NCBI GenBank assembly: GCA_030141605.1
Contig: JAQGDQ010000486.1
Location: 1-64,000, forward strand
Length of the DNA stretch: 64,000 nucleotides
DNA from: Tubiluchus corallicola
Lineage: Eukaryota > Animalia > Priapulida
Reading direction: 5' to 3'
Shown here: positions 13,110 to 64,000 of the stretch, one piece after another
How positions within the stretch are numbered: the stretch's first letter is position 1
How the letters are laid out: the number at the start of each line of letters is the position of its first letter
Position numbers and translations under genes: made by a program
Notes under the pieces: model-generated
What the model saw: the letters and a program-made list of their open reading frames with translations, nothing else
Told to the model about the DNA's origin: nothing
Database searches by the model: none

Positions 13110-14134
13110 TTCTTGTAAATTTAAGAAAATCACAGGAAGCACTTAAGTTGTCGTGGAAAGTGTTATAATGAATGAAACCAAAACAATGTAACAATGTGTA
13201 AGCAGATCCTTTTAACGGGCATATTCGAAGACCGTATTAGGAAAGTGAAAAATCGGGCTCCGTAACGGCCTGCGCAATGGTCCGTGGCACCTTCAAGCAA
13301 AATCTCAGCCTCCTGTGATGACAAGTATGCTCTGTGATAGCTTTAAAAATAAATGTGGCAATAACAACACCAACATCATCAACAACAGCATGGCCAGACT
13401 TCAGAAATTCCGCTGTTCGTACCTAGTCCAAAAAAGTTGTTAGACATATTAGCCTTTTATTAATTGTTAAAAAAGAAATTTATGGTGAAATTATGCCCCC
13501 TAGATGGAATGAAAGTGGTAGTTTTGCTTAAAAGTAAACTTGCAGCAGCCTAAAAATTAAAAGCCAAAAAATATTTATCTTATAATGTCATCTGGTACGC
13601 CAAGTTGTGCGACAATTAATGGGCAAGTCAAGGAAAAGGGTCCTCCTGCCAACTTCCTCCTCATCCTCCACTGAATTCCAAGAAAGGTTACTGTTTCTCT
13701 GTTATATTTTTGTAAAATAAACTTTTCATTTTAATTATCATCATCCTCGAGTGTGAGATTTATATAGTCGATTATATAATGTAAGTCTAAATGCTTTTTA
13801 GACGCTTAATGAATTAACGCCCACTCATCAGTTATAAACGCCCACGCTGATTCGCACACCCAACATGTGCGACCTTGTCACCATTGCCTTACCATTTTAT
13901 TCGTTTATAGGCTAGTCTAATTTTGCCAGAATTATTCTGCAGTTAAGGTGCAGTCAGATATGGGAGTGATACGATTTAAAATCACTTACACACTGCAGAA
14001 GTACCATATAACTTCTATACAAATGAGTCTTCCTTTCCTCAACTGGTCTTCAATTATAGGGTTACTTTTAATAACATAAAGCAATGTCTGCAATTTCCCC
14101 GATTCTCTACGCATCAGTTTTAATAAGTTTATGC

Positions 14135-14192
14135 TACCACTACCACCACCACCACCACCACCACCACCACCACTACCACCACCACCACCACC
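14135..14192. repeat. (CCA)n microsatellite
   Basis: Near-perfect cca run with cta interruptions. Confidence 0.95.
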
Positions 14193-16013
14193 CCAAGCCA
14201 ATATATAAACCTGGAAATCAGAGAAAATAATTTATAGTCATTACATCGCAAGGTTCCATCTACCACAATTTAATGACCAGCAAAGATCGTTAAAAACAAT
14301 TAAATAAGTCAATTGAAATTCAGTTTATTTCACCATCAAACTACAAATACATGTACAAATTATAATTGTGTAATTGAAAAAAAGAACAAAACTAAAGTAA
14401 ATTTAACGAGTGTACAAGTGCGACATATTAAGAAGATAATTTGCTATTAAGTTCGCAGCATGGTAATTACGAAGGACCTTGTTAAGCCTCTATGAAATGC
14501 GAAATAAAGAAGGAAGAATGAAGATAATGAGGAAAGAGAGCCTTTGAGAGAGGAGAATACAGAAGTGCTAAGTAGCAGTTAGTTGAAAGAAGTCGGAGAG
14601 AAACAAGTCGAAAAGGAAACATAATATAAGAAAACAATGACCATGATATATGATGTCTTATCTATGATAAACCCCATTGAATACTATGAATACCCCTTTG
14701 TTATTTCGCTATCACCTGATTGTTTACTAATGGATGTTCGTTGGTGTTCTTCGCGAAAAAAATAGCCATAAATACTCTAATAATTTAGCCTCACGAAAAT
14801 AGTCCAACCCAATTATATTTCTGAGTAAGAGTGTATTTTATCCCCGCGATTCATTGAGTTGCAAATACAATGCTTCTCTATTTATAATAATATAAGAATG
14901 TGGAACACGACCCATAAGCCGACTTGTAAATTAATATGGAGCAGTATCGCCTATTGAGAGTTTTTACACGCTGCAGAATAGCTTTTTGTCAAGTTACTGA
15001 GGAGTGGTCAAACGAAAGCTTTTACATTATAATCAAACCACGAGATGTATTCATAAGTAGATCTTGGCACAGGTGTGGCTGGTATCGTCCTGGTTTATTG
15101 CACGACTTCAATGTCTTTGTGGTTTTATATATTAAAAATATATTATATATTAAAGATATTATATTTATATATTTGATTATTTGAAGAGTTGCGACGTCAT
15201 ACTCTACATTTCTCTGTCGGTCAGCTGGTTATCATCTTATAGACGGTTGTCCTTGATCATACGCCAGATTCAGGTCTCACCACAAACACCAAGAGTAGAT
15301 GAAATAGTGCGCATGATACCAAGTTGATCAATATGGACTGTGAAATTTATTGGACTAAATGATGTTACTGAAAACATAATGAAAAATTTAAAACAAAACC
15401 CTTTTTATAAATGGATTACGTCTGCATATTTAGTTTCACTAAATTGTTAGTAACAACCGTCCATAACTTTTTGCTGTGACTATATTTCTGCATTATTTTT
15501 TGCGATCAAACTGAAAATATCTTTGGCTCTGAATCCTTCGAAACGTCCATTGAAGTGGCTAAAGTAGTAAAAAAGTACAATACACGAACATTTTATCAAT
15601 ATCTAAAGTTTTGTTTAAGTTGATATAACGATTTGTTTTGGTTGATATAGTTGAAGTTTTAGCTGATGTAGCGTCCGTATAACAAAGTGGACTTATGTAA
15701 GCAGTTTGTCTCTTTACATTTATGTTTTTATTATTTCATAGATTATTTTATAATGTATATTTTAAATGAATTAAAACAAATAAATAAATTTCGACAGTTA
15801 AAGTAACCTCGATCACGAAAGTCATGTAAGGCAGGAAAGTGTTTATGGTAAATATTTAAAACAAATTGTAGACTTGCAACACACGCTGTAAAGATTTTGG
15901 CACCACTGCATGAGTTAAACAGTGTGACGTTGTGAACGTAATCGAATATTTATATTTCAAATCAGAAGATACTAATGGGACACTGGGCTTGTACAATCTA
16001 CTTGGCAAAGGGA

Positions 16014-16330
16014 CTAATGATGATTGCTTGTTGTAAGAGCCCGATTGTTTCCTACTTGTTCATTTTGGATTCTTCTGTCTCTTTCATCCGTCATCTCCGT
16101 AGGGTTGATGACCCTGAATGTTTTCTTTCTATCCCATCCATTTCTTTTCCCTGGAGACGATCTTCCCAGAAAATCTAAGCTTGAATAATCGCCACTCTTA
16201 GATTCACAATTCTTTATGACAATCTTCGTAATTACAGGGTGCATTGAGTCGAACAGAGTGCGAAAATAATTGTGTATTTTTTCTAGTGGCATAATCCAGA
16301 AAATGCACCGTCCAATCGCTGTTACAACAA
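16014..16330 (-). mobile_element. Possible old RTE-clade LINE 3' ORF remnant
   Basis: Mixed frames give QLFSHSVRL...GRSSPGK/KWMG...RDRR, loosely resembling the RTE C-terminus (FGHxxR...GRPxxxWxD...DRxxW). Confidence 0.35.
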
Positions 16331-16535
16331 TCAATACAATGTAATTATTGTACCTGTGTATGTTATTACCTGTAAAATATAGAACCAGTTCTCACGCTAT
16401 GGCGACAATAGCCAGGCGAAATTGATATAGCGTCTTTTGTGATAAACTGCTGTAAAATGTGGGTTTAATAATACTTCTTATAAGGATACTCCCAGCCGCA
16501 GTAAGGGCATTGCAGGAACACTTTTCGGAGAGTTT

Positions 16536-16565
16536 AGCCAATTTCTGTCACCGGAAGTGACGCAG
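16536..16565 (+). promoter_or_regulatory. CCAAT box plus overlapping ETS/CRE composite motif
   Basis: agccaat at 16536-16542 and CCGGAAGTGACGC at 16551-16563 in a locally CpG-richer patch. Confidence 0.4.
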
Positions 16566-19500
16566 CCGGTGGGTTCCGCTTCAGATTCAAGTTTATGATT
16601 TCGGGTGATTTCATTTTCATTTCAAATGATAAATGGCTTACAGGGATTTCGTGGAATTTAAAAAAATCTAAAAAAAAATGTGTCTGAATACGAAAACGTT
16701 CCATTGTGGCGGTAATTCAGTGTGGACATGAAGTGGTGGTGTACATCTTATGATTACTTATTACTGCCGAGGTTAAGGGTGCCTAGCCAACTTCCAGACG
16801 GTGGTTATGTACTCAACTTTTATCTATTTCACCTTTCAATTTGAATTTCATTTTTCAATTTCAATTTTCATCTACTGTGGATTACTTCCATTCCCTTGGT
16901 CATCCATCCATATGTTTATCAGAACTGTCTGGCTTTGCTTGTATTTTCAAACATTTGCAGGACAGTTGAGAGTACGCAACTGTTACTGAACCGAGCTTCA
17001 TTCTGTCATAATTTTTTGTTCTGTGCATTTTTTATCTGTCTGCTTCTATTTAAACTTTTTCCAATAACTGAGCTCAATATTTCCCACATAACCACGCTTC
17101 ATTTTCTCGGCTTTCATTGTATTTTACTGGTTCATATTTATTATCCATCGGTTTTTATTGAGCCTGGTTTCTTTGAACGTATTCATGTCCGGCCTGTGTT
17201 ATCAATATTCTGTTTTATTAATTCTTGCATGTATAATGCTTGTTGTGACGTCATTCGAAGACGAGCTTGCGTGCATAGTGAACAAACGTTTATCGGCAAA
17301 CTTATAAATCTCTGTGCAAATTATTAAATAAATGGAAAGTGTATTTACAGTTGATGCCCGTGTTTGCACAGATTGACACTAGATGTCGATTTGTTTGCAT
17401 CGCCATATTTTGCAGTTCGTAATCTGTGTCGTAAATTGAAAGTGTTCTCATTTGTATGATGGCATTCGTTTTTCTTTCATGATAGTCTAGCTTCCTTTTT
17501 AAATATAGTTTTAAAATTTGTCTTGAAACAAGCTTGCTTTATCATTTATCATCATATCGCTTATGGTGGGCATTTTTGTCAATTTCTTACTAGTTCGTCT
17601 TTCCACCAGAAGCCATTTAGCGCGGCAGGAGTGGCTAGGTTTTAGTTTAACTGGGCTGGATTTGTATCAAGATGTAAGCAACAGTAAAGAAATGTAACGT
17701 AGAAGAGCAACTTAAAAGGATTATTTAATTGAGTAAAAGCTTTTTATTTTAAAAATGCATTTGTTTCTCCTAAGAGCCACTCCTCGTTAAAGTGAATTTT
17801 TCGAGGCTGCTGCACATTGTTGTTAATTTAGCAGTTATTTTAAAACTTTCACGTTTGGCTGTAGATTAAACTAGATCTTCACGAGTGTGAACTTTGTACA
17901 AATATTTAGTGATCGATAAAAAATGAGTGGAAAAATCTATGCCTTAACACTAAACAATGTTGGTTGGCAAAAAACTTCACGCTGTTTTTATTACGAAAGA
18001 TACAACGCTGAAACACTAACAACGTGAACGATGGTGTGATTATTCATTGAGCCTGTGGGCGCCATGTTTCCCTTGCGGGAAGGTCTATTATGAGTATTTA
18101 TCCACGTGGTGTTTCTGTTGTATCCTGCTTGCATTTGCCCTTCGGAATTGAGTGCACAACCACAAAGTTCTGTTCCTAGCTTTGTCAAGTTGTTCTAATT
18201 AGTGAAGAAGCAAAGCAAAACCTTTGATTTACGTTTTAAGTCTAATTTAGGCTTGTAACAGTCCATTTTTGCCTTTGCACAAGGTCTGATGAAGGGCACC
18301 AGAGTGACTAATAAATGAGAGAGAAAGAACGGAGAATTGCAATCGCATTCCAGAAAAAACATTATCTGGGATCAACCCAGATGTCCAAAGTGAGAGGTTA
18401 GATCTCCAAGTAAGTGAGTAAAAATTTATTTCCAGCCGATTATTTACATAAAAACACGAGCCATAAAGCTCTTTATCGACTGTAATTAAGTTAAAAACCT
18501 CCTTCCCTACATAAGTATATAGTTAAATGCATATTAAAATACAGCTGTATAAAAGGAACAATCAAATTAGACAAAAGTTGCACGTTAAACCTGATTTCAT
18601 TTTAAAACGTAATAACAAAAATATTAACGCTGGTTTCACAAAATAATTAATAATACTTAATTAGGACCTACAGTATTTACATAAACAAATTCCGTCATCC
18701 CATTTACTCAGCTCTTTCAAAAAAATTTTGAAAATACTTGCTTCTTTGCAAAGATTTGGTGAACTATTCACAGCAGCGGGCCTCTGTATCGCAAACTTTC
18801 TTTTCGAGGAAATGATGTAAACGCGAGAAGAGTTATACAAGAGAATGAGTGTAACTATGCCTAATTGCAAAAATCTGATTTGTAAGAGATTTGTAAAATC
18901 TGATTTGCAAAATCTGAAAGAACTAGTAAAAACGTCTTTCTTGTGTTGCTGTGTGGGCTGCAAGATATTTTTACATCCACATGTTTGCAAGTTTCCATCC
19001 TATCTTGTTCTTCGTTATTTGCTTTACATGGACTGTTAACAATGAGTTGACTGTAACAGATGCAGCAGCTGACAGTACTTGAGTAATAAGTACGTGCTAA
19101 AAGTACATATTCATTCCACATTCACTGGGTAGTGAGGGTAGGTTTACATAATGAAGCTAATCATGTAGAAACTGACTTCATACTTGTGTAAGCATACTTA
19201 GTATATTCGCTCTGTAGGGCAAATACAGTAACTGTAGTTTCTCTACACTTTTGAATTTTGATATATTTGTATGTAACGTGGTGCAGAGATTTTGTACAGT
19301 ACAAATTACGACACAAATTCACTCGATTTCGTTAATTTCGAAATCGAACAGCTTTTATTATTACCTGAGAGAAAGTTCTGTTCGACTGAGCATTGCACAT
19401 AATTGCCATGGGGTAAATGCCAATACATCACTCTGTGCCCTAATTCGTGACCTTTTTCATTCTTTTTGTTAAGCCAAATTCTTCTTATGTTTGTTAGCTA

Positions 19501-21420
19501 ATGAAGCTGGCCCACTTATTCAGACCTGATCCAGTAAGACGTGGTTGCGAAATGACAGTCGCACGAAGCACCCCTTAAAACTTTCTCGAAATGCTAATGA
19601 AGCAAGAGGTAACAGGAGATTGATATCCATTACATTTCTAATACATTGTAAATTATATTAAAGTGCGTGTATGCTCACAAGTTATTACGTTTACCGCTAC
19701 GTGGAGCCACGTCGAGCAGCATTGCTGGCGCTGACGGTAATGCGCGAACATTTTGATGCAGGTGAACAATTTTGACATCACCTAGCCGAGCATACATGTG
19801 TTTAATACTCTGTCTTGCGGATATGTGATCGGACGTGTGGGCACTGAGTCTATAGTGGGTACGCAAATTGCAAAATTTGCTTCTTTAATACGCGTGAAAT
19901 TTCACATTCAATTAACATTTACGCGTTAAAGCTGACCGGCGAATATTGAATTCTATTGTTTGGTGTCCTCGCTAGGCTGATAAAAATCTTGCTAATCCAA
20001 TAATACGCAGCCAGTGAATACTTAGATGTGACCTCTCATTATGAGGGATAAAATGAGTTGGCTATAGAATGCAAAGTAGTGTGTGTGTTAAATAACAATT
20101 AATAATCGCTTTCGCCTTTAAAGATATGACACTTGATGAACCTGGTTTTTGAACTTTCTGTTAATGTTATCCGTATCGCAGTCTTCATCGATAATTACTC
20201 GATAATTGATTACAGGTAAAAAGTACGGTTTAAAATTGCGGTAATGACAGTGCAGTGATTGAGCTACCTGGTAATGGCAGGTCGCTTCATTGTGTGTTGA
20301 CTATGTGACCTTTTTTATTATCGGCCAAACCTGCTAACTTTATTTTTACTTTTCTGTCTGTTTATAGTTTAGTTTATTGCTCCAACCAAAAAATTGCATC
20401 AAAAATACAACAAATAAGAGACATACCATTACTACAAAACAGATAACAGTTTCTCTAATTAAGAAACATTAATTTAGGTGCATTCAACAGTTTAAAAAAC
20501 AGATAAATTAATGTTAAAAAATATGCACAGAAAATCGTATGTTAAAGAACAGCCACTGATTTACAGATTTAAAACATTATAGGACTTATAAATTCATTAT
20601 ATAAAACAATATAATGTATTGTTAGCTAGTGGGTGTCAATACTTTTGTTTTATGACTAAGTAATAGAGTGCAGTCCTTCATAATTAACAGGTATAACTGT
20701 GGCATCGTCTCTAAAGAATTGACGTTTCGCAAAACCGTTACTTTGCCTAAAATGTATCGGGATTTTACCCCTTGAATTGTGACGAGTGATGAGTTAATAA
20801 CAGTGTTTTTCAGACACAAATTTCTTGACGTGTTCGTTCCGCTAGCCAGTGTTTTAGTACTGTGTAATTATAAAAGCGTTTTCGAAGCGGCATCTTGGTA
20901 CTTCGATGTCATGTGGTGCTCAACTGTGCAACTCTGCTAGATGCTGTAATTACCTCGTGTTATTAAGCTGTCAACGCTGCTCTAGAATTTTATGTAAACT
21001 GCGTTCAGCTGTGGCAAAATCGACTCGCAATCTGAAACGCTTTTTTGCCAATTTGTCAAATGTGTCGCTAGTTCAGAAGGGCCAGTGTTCTTCTGTCGTA
21101 CGGACGTGAAATATTGAATTCAGTTTTTTTTTGCTAATTGGGTGTGGTGTGAATGTCTTTGTTTAACTGTTCCTGAATAATTACGTCCTATATATTTATA
21201 TGATTTATGTGTCATCAGATGTGAAGTTGCGCATCGTGCAAAAATGAAAAAAAAAACAATATTGACTCGTAGGACGCACTTTCATTACATGTAGTAAATT
21301 TGAATATCTTGAGTGAGTAGGCCATAAAAACATTGTAATATAGTTGTGAAGTAGTTCAGAAACATGACTTCATTCTTAGTCTCGTCAAGATAGTCAAAGA
21401 ATCTTTAATAAATTACCAAG

Positions 21421-21458
21421 ATGCCAAGCGTGCTAGCTGGTGTTTCTGTTCAGAAAAG
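21421..21458 (+). CDS. Candidate alternative first coding exon (MPSVLAGVSVQK)
   Basis: ATG with A at -3, 12 open codons, then AG|gtgagc phase-2 donor. Compatible with the phase-2 acceptors at 25558 and 27359. Confidence 0.5.
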
Positions 21459-24400
21459 GTGAGCGGAAATATTTTAACATTTTCACATTGTTTCCGAATT
21501 TTTGCGTTTCATTTCGTTATTTTTTCCCTTTTACACCCATGACAAAGTTGCAGTTCTAGAAGTTTGATTAGCGAAATACTGAAACTCTCAGAAATCCACT
21601 TGGTATGAGCTTGTGCTGCCACCTGTATGCTTGTTGTGAAAACGGTGAAATAGTAGTTCAAATCGGTTACAAGACATGTACCGTTACTATAAGTAAATAT
21701 AGGAAGGAAATCGCTGGCTGTAATTTGGATTTCATAATATAAGTCATCGAGATCACTTAGATGTTGACGTTGTAATCTATTTATAGTTCTTCCATTTTGT
21801 ATGTTACTGGAGAAAGTGTTAGTAAAGTAAACGAAATTGCGTGATCAAATGTATGATAGCTGACTTTTGTTGGATTACTATTAATTATAATACAATCCTG
21901 TTTCGTTTTCGTTGTGTTAATTCCGCGCTTAAAAAGTGCAATTTGAAGGCGATTAAAAGTTACATAGACGACTTGTAACACCATTAATATATCCGATATT
22001 AAGTACACTGCCTTGATTCTAAATGCTTGCAATGTATTTGCATTTTTTAATTTCCTTTTAACTTTTTTATTATTTATTTTACTCATCTGCACGTTGCATA
22101 TTTTTTAACAGTTATTTGTTCATTTGTATTTCATTAAATGATTTCGCTATATGCTACTCGTGTACTAAAATTATGATTGTTTATTAAAATTACATAAATT
22201 CAAGTCTTAGTTTTGCTTTCATTTCACTGCTTCCCTGCGTTTTGCAGGCGAGTAATGAATAACTAGGATTAGTTTGCAAAACTGTAGTAGGACTGCATTA
22301 CTCTCATGCAAGCAGAGATTAGGGATATTCTTGGTGATGCGAGGGTTGAGAAAAACAAAAGAGCAGTAATTACGTACACAATGCGCGGTAATTATGCACG
22401 CTAGGATGAGGAGTGGAATGCACTTACTTCTAAATTGTTCAGCAAGAAGGTTTGGAGAGGGAGGATGGTGCTAGAGCTAGATGATTGGATAAAATTATTG
22501 TTTTTCTGCAGGATTTGATGTGACTAATTCATTTTGAATTGTACTATCTGCCAGTTAGTCATTTGTGTAGCTGCTTCTATAGCTATTGTTATCGTCAGAG
22601 TTAAATAATTTTTGCATATTTTCATTTGTAAATTTAGTGGTCTTTGTTATGCAATTTCTGCGATTCCTCGAAGATTGCTTTGCAAGGTATGTACAAGTAG
22701 AACGTAGCTAATGAAGCCTTACTTTTGAACACCTTTGCTGGTTTATACAACGTGCGTATGAACTTTTCTGTGTGGAATTGATTGTATTAAAGTTACACGT
22801 ATGAAATCAAAATCACGGTTTTTGTCTAATTGATTTATACATGAAATTTGATGAAAAATTTGCATGGGCAACTGAATTCTTGTTGTGCACGTATATGTGT
22901 AGGTTATTTAAGTCACAGTGATTGCACAAAGCCTAGTGTTGCCATCTACTTTGAAAAATCTTAACTTTGACGTTACCTCTAAGCAGCATAACCGACTATT
23001 CTTCCAAAAGCCAAGCTTATTCATTATTATAATGTCTACATTATAATAAATTAGCTACACGTATTAAATAAAATACATACATATTTTTATTATTTCCATA
23101 ACAATAATGATAAAAAACCAAGCAGCTGCACTGTTTAGCATGAATATTTTAATCAAAAAAATAATCTGCATGACACAGCTGTCACGTAATCGCAACCTCA
23201 TTGTAATTTTGCCACTGCGACTAGTTTGCAATCGCAGCTCTTGGCAATTAGCAGACATTCGCAGATTAGAAATAGCTATCACCTGTGCAGGTATGGTAAA
23301 AGTAATCAACGACAGGTGTTCCTAGCAGGAATCGTTGTTAAGATGTGTACATTAGCTAAGAGTCAGAGTTTATAATGGAGCTTTCTGTTATCTTTGCATG
23401 TCCAAGTTATAGCGCTAGAGTTGTTGCGCTGCGAGGACTCACTGCATTTGTAGTTAGACTGCAGAAAGCTGAATGTTTGTGACTTGCAACGAAATTATGC
23501 ACAAATGGATTTCATCATCGAAGAGCAGTTTGTGCGCGTAAGTTCATTTTTAACACGTGGGATTGCTTGTGTATGCATTTTATAGCACAGTAAGTTATTT
23601 ATAGCCATCCACTCGCCATACACTGTTAGTAAAATATTTACACTTTGATTACCTGGTGTGTAACTTAACTTCTGTGATGGTAAGTAAGATAGTTTGGTCT
23701 GTAATGGCATACATAAAAAACTTATAAGTTTGGTTATATCGTGTTAGCTGCTGTACTTTTCAAATTTGTAAACATAGCTAGCTGCTACGTTATTTACTGA
23801 GTTCTTGCAGCGAATACAAATTAAAAATAGGTAGCTTGGCGCGCTGATAATTGAATATGTCTAGTAATTAGCCTTGGACTTTGTACTCTCCGTACATTAA
23901 TTAAGGGAAAGACCTGGCAGAAGCTGTAAGGAAAAGTTACTTTAGCTCGTGCACGATAGAATTTTTTTCTTTTTTATTGCAAACTTGGTATATTACTTTT
24001 GCGTACAATACTCTTAACCCTCACTGTCATTGTGCCACTCACCCGAGTAGAATAATAGGTTGTATAATACCCTGTGTGCTAATGACACCTTATAGGTATT
24101 TAAATGTAATTAACCAGATGCTGGTTGATTGGCGTTGGCTTCAGTTTATTACTTAGCCGGGGTTTAGTTGTGGTTTCTGTAAGCTCCTGGTGGCTTCACT
24201 GATAATTGCTCACGTTGTGGAGGAACAGTCGTGCGAATAATGATGTAAGTCGTGATTTCGACAAGTACTGTACGTAAGTTTTTTATTATAAATTGCGCTT
24301 CGGGAACAGCCGTATAACAAAAAAGCATAAAATTGCAGATTTTTTATTATTGCGTAGATTATATTTCGGAAAAGTCAAATTACTTTTGAAAATTATTTAG

Positions 24401-25557
24401 AAAAACTGAAGAATGCGTATTATTAACATTCTGCTGAACATTATTGTCATCCTGCGTTATTCATATTTGATTGTATGACTATATCGTTGCAAAGTCTACG
24501 AAAATTACTAGCCATCATGTTCACTAAAACTGTAAAATTTTTACCTTTTTATCTTCGTAAATAACATATTGTAATACAAAGTTCACATTGTTTACAAAGT
24601 TATTAAAAGGCAATACCTTATAAGACTTTTCTTTTCTTGTAAATTGATGTCGCCACGTATTTTTCATATCTTACTGTTTAAGAATAATCTAGAAAGGTTT
24701 AACATTACTTTTATTTATTAATAACAAACCTTTAATAATATTAATAATACTGTATTGTTTAAAGAATAAGGCGTTTAAAACAGTGTAAACTTCATAGTAA
24801 CAATGGCGTGATAAGTCGTGCAGAGCCCCACACTGCAAAATGAGAAAAACATCCTGCGCGATAAGGTACTAGTTTTCTATCTTAATAACAAAACATCCTT
24901 TAGGAGACTTTTTACTAACTGTGGTGTTGTATATAATCTAATTTCAGCTGAGTTTTAATGATTCATCAACTTGAGAATGTTTTATCTTTACAAGCGCCAT
25001 GCAGCCTACCTTGCAAATTGATGTATTATAGTATTCCTCGAGGGAAGCGAGTGTACTGTAATTAATAGACCTATCTAAAGTAAAAGATCGTAAATTGCCC
25101 AAGTTTTCGAATAACCTTCGTCACCTCTTGCCATGTTGGTGCATTTTTCGGCAAAGTAGGTCTAGGCCTTTGTGAAAAGAGATAACGATTATTTGTCACT
25201 ATTTTGCAAAGTCATAATTTTGCGTTTTGTGGACCAGGCAGGACGTGCTAATGTTGAAATTCAAATATTCTCCGTGGTGAGTTAATAGCTTTTTCGTTTT
25301 TCTTCGGTTATCCTGGTTTTTTTTCGTTGTTTTCTCGCTTTATCCTTTAGTTTTTAGACGTTTTGTAGGTGGAGCAGTGTATAAGGAAGCATTTGGAACA
25401 GGTGTCGAAGGAGATTTTTAATCCTTGCGCTACTGTGATTTGTAGACATTGTCTAGTGACAATGAGCGTCAGTTTGGCAACAGTTAAAGACAACAAAAGG
25501 TAAAACTAAACTAATATCACTGTTCACTTGCTAACTCTATATTGTCTTATTTTTCAG

Positions 25558-62732
<37,175 letters not shown>

Positions 62733-64000
62733 GTAAGTTGCGTCTGCGGCAGCTGCCGTTGTCCATTTAGTTTCATTTGTTTTTTCGTTGAATGTGTGAT
62801 AAAAACCAGTAAACAAGTTTGGAAGGAATGCGGCTGGGGTAGTGAACACGGTGCTGCCTAATCTCTAATTTTCAAATTCATAGCAGAGTGAAGAATTTTC
62901 TAAAAGTGTGTCACTATCACACCTTTCACTTCTGCTGCCTGCTCCTCTTTGTCCTGCAAGATAGTGCAAAACCTCTTACTAGCCGGAACCGGCTAACAAA
63001 AAAGGCGTAGGTTTGATGTAGGGATGAAAAAAATTCTTTATCTTTCTAATGCATTTTCCATTAACATAGTCAAATGGAATGTGGTCTTGTTGAAGTTTTG
63101 CTGTTAGTTTCTTCCAATTTGTTTTCGCAATGGCTTTGGTATTGTTCGTGATTATAGTTAATTAAACACTCATTTTTAGCTAACATCTTACATGTTATAC
63201 CCTAGGGTTGTTTTATCACTGCAGCTTAATTACCTTTAGTTTGCTAATTACTAGAATTAATCACATTAGAATGATCATTCTTATTTGTCACTGACTTGCC
63301 GCACCTTGCAAATTTTATCTTAATAAGGTTTATGCACTTACAAGAATAAGTCTGCATTATCATAATTCATAGTTGGAAAGTGAAGTTGTTAGCAGCAAGA
63401 AAGAGATGCATAGGAAAGCTATCACATTGTGTTTTATTGTACAGCTAATGCAACCAACAAAAGATACACAGCATAGCAATTTGCCAGATTGTAAATCAAC
63501 CGAGATTCAAAGTTCTCGCTTTATTGTGCTGACTGAGAACAAAGACAGACTATGACACTACATACTGCAACTGATACTATGTGTATTGACGCAGTATGAC
63601 TGTCTCTATACCTACCGTCCATCATGTACTCTACTCGCTCGCTCAATCTATTATTTACTATGCATTAGCGTAATAAAGTGCTACTCGTGACAGGAAGTCT
63701 GCGTGCAACATGAATTGCTTGACAGTAATTGAATGTGCGAATGTTATTTGAACAGTCACGATTCATTTGACACGACATGAAACAATCTTAATTTTCATTA
63801 AAATATTACTTTACAAGAAACGCATTTAGCTGTTACGTTTATTCACTGATGAGATTCAGAGATTTTTGTTTACCATTTTGATTTCTGATAAAAATTGCAG
63901 AAATAAACTTCTGTTGAGATGTTCACGGGGTGTGTCTATTGCTAATAAATACTATCAATTAATTTTATTAAAATGCATATGTTTTGCTTCAATAAAGACA

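Noticed and set aside
24183-24244. Second possible phase-2 first exon (ATGAT|gtaagt)
   Set aside because: Only one codon plus a donor motif; indistinguishable from chance without transcripts

Overview
AT-rich animal (invertebrate-like) genomic DNA, not prokaryotic. The main feature is a large + strand multi-exon gene of the PLEKHA5/6/7 (PEPP / Drosophila kramer) family. I traced 16 phase-consistent GT-AG exons from 25558 to 62732 (~4.2 kb CDS). They encode the C-terminal half of a WW domain, a PH domain, a 2-kb low-complexity exon, the 'DL-x-x-K-S/T-HEELVLLLIQLRR' block and coiled coils, and the gene runs off the right edge. There is a candidate WW-less first exon at 21421. The first ~12 kb holds what looks like a heavily decayed minus-strand ankyrin-repeat pseudogene, interrupted by a CR1-like LINE end, a 34-bp minisatellite and a trinucleotide tract. 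Introns carry LINE 3' fragments (one with an intact 287-codon frame), tRNA- and 5S-like SINEs, MITEs and microsatellites. The most interesting signals are splicing-level: a 21-nt microexon with a UGC signature, TGCATG enrichment, several stop-containing candidate exons and an RFX X-box. I found no convincing evidence for an entirely new multi-gene system. All calls come from reading the sequence by eye, without database searches.
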